DNA of 16,798 nucleotides, from contig JAAOMT010000355.1 in the NCBI GenBank assembly GCA_016748015.1, positions 1 to 16,798 of the forward strand, written 5' to 3'. Position numbers and translations under genes: made by a program. Shown in pieces: positions 10,157 through 16,798 of this stretch. Source of the stretch: Geosiphon pyriformis uo1 (lineage: Eukaryota > Fungi > Glomeromycota). How positions within the stretch are numbered: the stretch's first letter is position 1; the number at the start of each line of letters is the position of its first letter. The notes beneath the pieces are model-generated. The model made no database searches. It was not told where the DNA came from and saw only the letters and a list, made by a program, of their open reading frames with translations.

Positions 10157-10957
10157 TCCTTTGCTGTTCTGGCATGATATAAAAGTTTATTCACATAATG
10201 TATTCTTTATCGTTACAGTACATCTATATTCAGCTAGTTCGTGGATAATTTCGGTAATTCATATACGAAATATCTAATTTATTATTTTTAGCAAGATCAA
10301 TTACATTGTCTACAATCAGCTTTGATTTTCATTTCTTAAAAAAATTTTTTTTTGACAGATATTAAGCTAAATGCTTTTTCATATATGGCATCACTTCACT
10401 TGGTATGAGATACTTTTTTTAAACAAGATTGAATTTATTATTTAAAATATCATATATGAAAATTTAAATACAAAATTTTTATTAAATTTTTTTTTTAAAT
10501 GTTGAATTTTATTTTAATTAGTTATTTTGAATAAAAGTTCTTCTTAACATAATTTTAAAATGTATAATGCCATTTCAAATCTTTTTACGAATAATTTTTT
10601 GAAATATGAAATAATTTTTATTTATGAAAAATATTTATAAGATATTTAGATTATAAAGTAAATATTTGGATATATATTATTTTTAAGCCTAAAGATGAAA
10701 CATTTTTAAATAAATATTTTTTGTTTGAATATTATTTTTTAGGCGCGAAAAAATATCCATTTATAATAAATTAATTAAAATATATATTAATATATTAATA
10801 ACATTGTAATTAATATAATATTTAGGCTTAGAAAAAATTAAAACTTTTATCTTGATTAAGAAATATTTGAAAAATATTTCTCAAAAGATGTTTTACATTT
10901 TAAATAAATAACTGAAATTTTTCATTTTACAATAAAAATTAACTACCCAAATAATCT

Positions 10958-12475
10958 TTATGCTAAATTGATCAGCATAGAAGTCAGAGCTAAAAAAATA
11001 AATGATATGACATTCACGACCAGTTGTGAAGAATCTGCTGAATTTTGTTTATTAAATTCAACTGGTTTACTGAATTAGATAATGAAAGACTACTAGCACT
11101 ACCATTATCCTTACCACTGCCACCACCACCACCACCACCACTTGATATGTTTATCAACAGATATGCTATAAAGTGATGGTCCAGTGTTGGGCCAAATGGG
11201 CTTTCTTTACTTTTGTAACTCTTGATACTTGGGTGCTACTATAGAATTAAATTTTATTCGAATATTTTTTGTTAAAGTCAATTGAATTTAAATTTTAAAA
11301 ATTACATACCAGAGATCAGCTGGTAGTAGCTGTCCATATTTGGTATCAACTAACAACACATAAAAATTGCATTGATAATATTGGTAGCCAGCTGTGTATA
11401 AACCAAAAGTAAATACATGAGGTGGTAGTAGAGCTAAAAATTTTTGACAAATCGAGTGGCTTCAATATTAATTGCACTATAAATATTGGTAAACCAAAAT
11501 AAAATATTTATCGGATTTCAATTTTAAGATATCTCTTTTAATTAGTATTAAAATAATACAGTCTTATTTTACTAGTTTGAGTTCCAATCACAAGGAAAGG
11601 TAGCGAAATAGAATTTGAGATTGAAGATGCCAATCCTTTATCAGATAATATATGAATTTTTAATTAACAAAGTAGCAATCAGCTGAAGAATTAGAGCAAT
11701 ATATTTTATAATCATGTTTTTAATCTCTTTTCAGTTTCTTAAAAACTTTTTTAGAGCATTTATCTCAACATTAGGAATTTAAAACTTAATATTTATGTAA
11801 TTTTTAAAAAATGAGATTCCATATATCTCTGGGCCTATCTCCTGATCAATTAGGATGAGTACTGACTAATACAGTCAGGAAGATTTCCCGATTTGTTAAT
11901 GGAAATTATTCTTTTTATGATAGTAAAAAATATTAAAAAAGTTTCTGGAAATGATTATAGAACACTAAACAAAATTTCTGAAATATTACAACATTCAATT
12001 ACTTTTCTTCTTTATAAGCTGCCACCACCATCAGAAGAAAATGACGGAACTATTATATCTGGCTTGTTGTTTGTGGGTATTATAAGAGTTTTAATAATAG
12101 TTGACATATGGTACAGTACTGCTGCTCTTGGTGCTTTGAAGACTGGTGGTGCTTCAGAAGCTGGTAGTGCTTTGGAGACTGTTGCTGCAGGTATCAATGA
12201 AGTTACTTTGGATCAAACTTTGACTAATAAGATTACTTTTTCTCCATATTGGGAGAAAGAATTAACAGACCTACAAGCAAGAATAATGGCCCAATGAGAT
12301 CCTTCGAGAACAAGTTTGTTAATGGGATATTGCTCAAGCAAATTAACTGAGAACAGAGTTCGAATTTACCTTTTCTTAGGAAGAGAAATGTAACCAGTAA
12401 TAAAATTCAGAGGATGAGGATTCCGATATATACCCAATAAATACATTTTCACACCAACTTTGGCATCTGCAATTA
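10958..12475 (-). pseudogene. Decayed coding remnant(s); family and exact structure unresolved
   Basis: Minus-strand intron 11309-11239 (GTATGT...CTATAG). A (GGT)n Gly linker lies at ~11115-11140 and a hydrophobic tail LVVNVISFIFLALTSMLINLA* ends at ~10958. A Pro/Ala-rich degenerate 18-bp repeat (KALPAS/EAPPVF/KAPRAA) lies at ~12120-12190. Stops and frame changes are frequent, and the strand is ambiguous in 11893-12470. Confidence 0.35.
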
Positions 12476-12699
12476 AAAAAGGGCTCCGTACTAGTAATTA
12501 TATTCATTATTCAACCAATATTTAGTATTAGTGAGCAAAAGTTTGACTGATAGTTTTAAAGATATATTAAAAATCAACTTTTTTGGAGCAAATAAATCTG
12601 TGTTGAATGCTTTTCATTATCCAAACATAATCACGCAGAATGGAGATTCGGACCTAGACTCAACATATTATGTTTTAAAAATGCCAATTATAAATGGTA

Positions 12700-15540
12700 A
12701 TGCACCCAATCCAACATAAACAAAACTGTACACAATACAATATATTTCTAACTTCTTGAAGGATATTTATTAGGCTGTTACACGATTAACTTGATAAGCT
12801 TCGAAAACATGATCACTTAAAAGAGGTATTAGAGAGTTAATAATAGATAATAGTTGTAATTTTATTAACAGATTTACATTTTTTGATGATCTGCTTCTTC
12901 ACTTGTTACTGGAATTGGTTTCCAAGTACCTAACAATGTTTTCTTAATTCGCCTTGCTTTAAGAAAGTCTATTTTTTTCATCTGTGCAATTTCACTGAAT
13001 CTTTTCATTTCTTTGCTTAATATCTATTCATGGCCAATATCACAAAAAACATGATTAGAGACATTTAGATTTACAAACTGTGTCTTTCTTATCTGAACTC
13101 AAAATCAATTTGATTCAGCAATAAAGCTAGGACATGTACAAGACCTATATATTTCACTTTTAAAATATCCGATAACATTAAAGAGATTAGTACACAATCT
13201 CTCAAATTTGATACAATTACATGCTGCAATTTCCCAATGCTATTGTGAAGGTGTAGAAGGAATCAACAATTTGAGTGTTTTGTTAATTTCTTTAAGTATT
13301 GCATCATGGCCTTGATGTTGATTTGAAAGTTTAGATCGAGAAATTACAATTCTTTCTTGAATCAACTTGCAAACTTCAGGCTTCAATCATAGCCATTGTT
13401 CTTTATCAACAAGTTTAATTAATTGGTAAATAAGATGGCACCGAGCAGACCAAATTGGTGCAAACATTTGTCTAGCCACAAGTCTTAATGAAGACCTATT
13501 GAAATGAACTTCAGTGTAAAAGTTAATAATTGCTTGTAAATAAAAAAAGCTTTGTTCATACTTTAACCTGAATGTGAGATCTGTTCCATTTTGGGCCCAT
13601 TCTAAGTAACCTTCAACAGATGGATTTTCCTTAGAAACAACATATGGTCACATTAATTTGGAAGCCATTGCATGCCTATATATATTACATATTGAATTCT
13701 ACAACTTATAATAATCAGGACATTTTTTAAAAAACTGCAGTTGACTTTCACTCCGATATCCCTAAAATTGTGCAAAGTATTTTATATCAATATTCTAATT
13801 CAGTTCAACAAATGCTTTTAGCATATTCATCTCTTTATGAAGAGCACCTGGAACTAATATAAGCTAAGGAAAGTTTTTTTTGGTCGTTTGTGTACAATGA
13901 TAAGATACTCCATTACATGTTACTATAACTCATCTGCAGCTACCATCTTTAATGCCAAATAGTTCTTTAATATGCTCAAAAACCTTTTGAATATTGGCAA
14001 TTGAGTTTGAGTTTATGGCTATTGGATCAAGAACATATAATTGCGGCATATAAACCTCAATTTCTGGATACAATTGTGCATTTTCAAATGTGTGAAAATG
14101 AGGAATAGGTTTTTCGGCAATGTTAGCTGATTTATTCAATTGATTCATTTCAGTAATTGTTGGTAATTTGTTATAGCATGCAGGACAAACTTGCTTCTTA
14201 TTATCAATGTTAGACAATTGACAAACTGGGCATTTTTTTAGAGAACCAATTTGGCTTTGATGTTGTACTAATTTATCAATTACATTTGTTTCTTGACTTT
14301 TCTCTGCACAAAGCTCTTCTAAAATAATAGTAAGATAATTAGTAAGCTCTTGATGAATTTCATTTATTATACCTGAAGTTAAAGAAAATAATTTCTCATA
14401 TTCCTTTTCGAGAAGTTCAGAATACAACCAAGGATCTATATTTTAAATATCATTAATTTGATCATAATTAAAAGCAACAAAACTCATAACGATATTGAAT
14501 ATGACTGTATTATATCCACAATCTAAGTAATTTTTTTGACCTTTTTGTTCATTGTTAAAGGCTAAAAATAAAAATCTTTTGGGAAGCTTTGACTGTTCTA
14601 TAGCCAAACTTTCTAACTAGTTAATAAACTTTTTATAGCAACCGGAACTTATAATATGATTATCAATATTAATGACCATTTTCGATCTTGCTACTGAATA
14701 TTTGATTGCTGAAGTGGCTAAATTAATAGTGGAAACATATTTTAAGTGCCTTGATCCGTATATAGCATTAACTGCTACAGCACCCTTAAAAAGCTTTTCT
14801 CCTTCATTTTGATATTCATCTTTATTATGAGTAAGAGTTTCAATAAATCTTACAATGACTGGATTTTGTTTTGCAAGCCATGTTAAAGGACAATACTCTA
14901 AAAAACTATCTAGACTAAAACATTCATGATTTTTTTTCAAACTTATTATATTATTATACAAATTACCTCGTTCCCTTTTGGTGATTTCTTTTACAGATTT
15001 AATATGATCTTGTTGATTATTAAATGCTTCATCTAATTGCTTCTTTAATGTCGCATTCTCAGATAATAATTGCTGATTGATATCTTCTAGCTCCTGTATC
15101 CGTTTTATATAAACTTCATATATTGGATCTGGCAAGAATACTTGGACTCCAAAATCAGAAAAAGTTTTTTCTAATTCTAACAACTTGTTATCATTAGAAA
15201 GTCTTGGTCTTTTTCTTTCTGTTTTTTCTAAATTTAAAAAAGTTGAATCATTTGATTTAGTAATTCATTTAATAAAAGACTTTTTAACAACAATCTGATT
15301 ATAATGTCTTTCACATAAAGAGTAATTGTTTAGAGAGTCAAGTAATATAGTTAATCTAGGAAAATACTTAGTTATTTCCGTTATTCTTTCTGCTGCAACA
15401 CTAGCTGATGCATGTCGCCATCTTTGACTTTCTTTGGTCTCACATTTTACTAATTGACTTTCGTCATATTCACTAGTAAGAGATTCAAACAAACAGGGTA
15501 AGTCTTTGGCATTTATTATAAAGCAAGACGTAATTTTAAA
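12700..15540 (-). pseudogene. Inactivated DDE transposase, Academ/DUF6589-like, with a C4 zinc ribbon
   Basis: ORFs 15265-15492, 14617-15183 and 13930-14427 share one frame, which continues without frameshift to ~12875 (~890 codons, 14 internal stops). Motifs in order: LCERHYNQ, NLS-like ERKRPR, coiled coil, LAF[N]NEQ, CPVC-x11-CPAC, VTC[N]GVSY, PGALH[K]EMNM, QGHDAIL[K]EIN. This matches the DN...DG...GxxH...DxxxExxN layout I recall for this family. Frameshifts occur near the C-terminus, and no TIRs were located. Confidence 0.7.
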
Positions 15541-15899
15541 TCCAATTTAATAAAAAACTACTATGTAAAGTTGTGTGGATCCTTATGGATTCTGAAACTT
15601 TGTGTTTATAAAAGTATGTTTCTACTGTTAGTTTCGATTTTTATTTGAAGTATTTGATCAATAAAGTATTATCAAATTCTCTATGCTAATAATGCTGAAC
15701 ACCAATTAGATTACAAGAATTTTTTGTGGATTATTCCAGAATTGATCTACGAAATTTAAAATCTCCCTGACTGTAATAAATGATGATGATCCATACAAAT
15801 AATTAGTGGAAAATAAATTTAAAATTCGAAAAGATTAAAATGTAATTAGTTTATGTGTCATTTTTGTTTCAAACGATGTTCCTTTCAAAAATTACTTAC

Positions 15900-16107
15900 A
15901 GGTTTTATCTTGGATATTCGTTTACATAAACGGAAAAGCGTTTTACACGCCTGAAAATTAGTGAGCCTGTAACTATATAATTTAACTTACTTTAACCGGA
16001 TCGTAGAAAATTTCGGCCTTCGCCTTCTTGGCATGTCGTTGTAACTTCTTCCGCATGTTCCGCTTCGAGAGGGTCGGTCCGTTTCACTAACTACTTGACG
16101 CGTCCAT
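15900..16107 (-). other. Candidate micro-exon gene or pseudogene encoding a basic peptide (3' exons unresolved)
   Basis: ATG at 16107 gives MDASSS**NGPTLSKRN-MRKKLQRHAKKAKAEIFYDPVK (second ATG at 16056). A 40-nt intron follows (15990-15951, GTAAGT..CTAAT..TTCAG), then ACKTLFRLCKRISKIKP and another GTAAGT at 15899. The segment is CpG-rich. Confidence 0.4.
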
Positions 16108-16213
16108 TGCTTACTTAATTCCTCCAGAATATACAGTAATTCTAATGGTAAAAAAAACGTGGAATGAAAAGTTGCTGACGCAATAAAAGAATAAGACACT
16201 CGTTTGAATGACA

Positions 16214-16302
16214 TATAAATTTTCTTTTGTAAGACTACTGATCAAATCGCCACCATGACGTCAGATGGCAGTGATCAGCAGTCTTACAAAAGAAAATTTA
16301 TA
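16214..16302. repeat. 89-bp near-perfect palindrome/hairpin (31-bp arms, 1 mismatch) with a central TGACGTCA
   Basis: TATAAATTTTCTTTTGTAAGACTACTGATCA (16214-16244) pairs with TGATCAGCAGTCTTACAAAAGAAAATTTATA (16272-16302). The loop contains GCCA...TGACGTCA...TGGC, which extends the pairing imperfectly. Confidence 0.92.
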
Positions 16303-16337
16303 CGTGTGTTTTTGTTTTGGTCTTGCTCGTTTTTTCT

Positions 16338-16763
16338 ATGTCAACTATGAGTGACAAAGAGGGATCCTATTATTTTGGTTATACTGGTAAGTCTTATGGG
16401 ATGGCAGTTTGGAAAATTATTTTATTTTATTTCTTCTAACTCTCAATCGTTTAGCTCTTGTCACTTATCTGATCTCAAACTTTCATAGATTTAACGCCAT
16501 TGAAGTCCACTCTCAATAGCGACCATATGAGAAGGAAGAACTTTAGCTGTAAGTCCCGTTTTTCTACCTGCTACGTATCACTTTACAATAAGAGATTCTT
16601 AACTTTTCTCTCTTTATATAGTAGATTTATCCAAGACGTCTCTATAGTATGTGCATTTGGGAAGACGAATGAAGAGTTGTCATCAAAAATTGGAGAGAAA
16701 CTTGCTGTGGAGGTGTCCTCTATGTGTGATATTAATCCGACACATAATATTTTTAAATATTGA
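16338..16763 (+). other. Candidate 3-exon small gene or pseudogene
   Basis: MSTMSDKEGSYYFGYT, then GTAAGT at 16387 with CTAAC..TTTAG at 16454 (alternative acceptor 16488). A second GTAAGT at 16549 ends at TATAG 16621 (TAGTAG acceptor). The last exon reads RFIQDVSIVCAFGKTNEELSSKIGEKLAVEVSSMCDINPTHNIFKY*. The model using the 16454 acceptor has two in-frame TAGs in exon 2. Confidence 0.4.
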
Positions 16764-16798
16764 GTTTCTATTCCTGCTAAAGCTATTCTATTTTTTTT

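Noticed and set aside
10091-12190. CRISPR-like repeat-spacer array
   Set aside because: There is only a two-copy motif and a degenerate 18-bp coding repeat, with no cas genes, in a eukaryotic context.
12531-12719. 62-aa plus-strand ORF with a GTG start
   Set aside because: Non-ATG start, no recognisable family, and it abuts the transposase 3' end. It may be a gene fragment but cannot be supported.
12875-15540. Alternative genetic code (TGA=Trp or TAG reassigned) or endobacterial origin
   Set aside because: All three stop types interrupt the frame, missense changes accompany them, TGG is used for Trp, and the intact genes end in TAA/TAG. Mutational decay explains it better.
15987-16214. 75-aa ORF-track ORF (...MPRRRRPKF...)
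   Set aside because: A different frame fits the splice sites in phase and continues into a second exon. This frame is not excluded but is less supported.

Overview
AT-rich eukaryotic genomic DNA with short GT-AG introns. Composition and gene style resemble an arbuscular mycorrhizal (Glomeromycotina-like) fungus, but that assignment is inference. Bases 1-8584 form a large inverted structure: apparently identical 2,276-bp arms (1-2276 and 6309-8584) around a 4,032-bp spacer. Each arm carries an intact 4-exon, 356-aa secreted class-3 lipase-fold gene whose nucleophile elbow reads GHGGG, with no catalytic Ser. The spacer holds a decayed intron-containing gene, a ~365-bp MITE-like element and very AT-rich DNA. 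After a 614-N gap (8585-9198) come: (i) an intact 61-aa prepropeptide gene (signal peptide, KR site, X-Ala/X-Pro dipeptides); (ii) decayed coding remnants (~10958-12475); (iii) a ~900-codon single-frame transposase pseudogene (Academ/DUF6589-like) whose lesions look like RIP-type CpA->TpA transitions; (iv) a CpG-rich end region where an 89-bp palindrome centred near TGACGTCA lies between two divergent micro-exon gene candidates. No rRNA, tRNA or CRISPR array was seen. All calls come from reading the sequence by eye; no searches were run.
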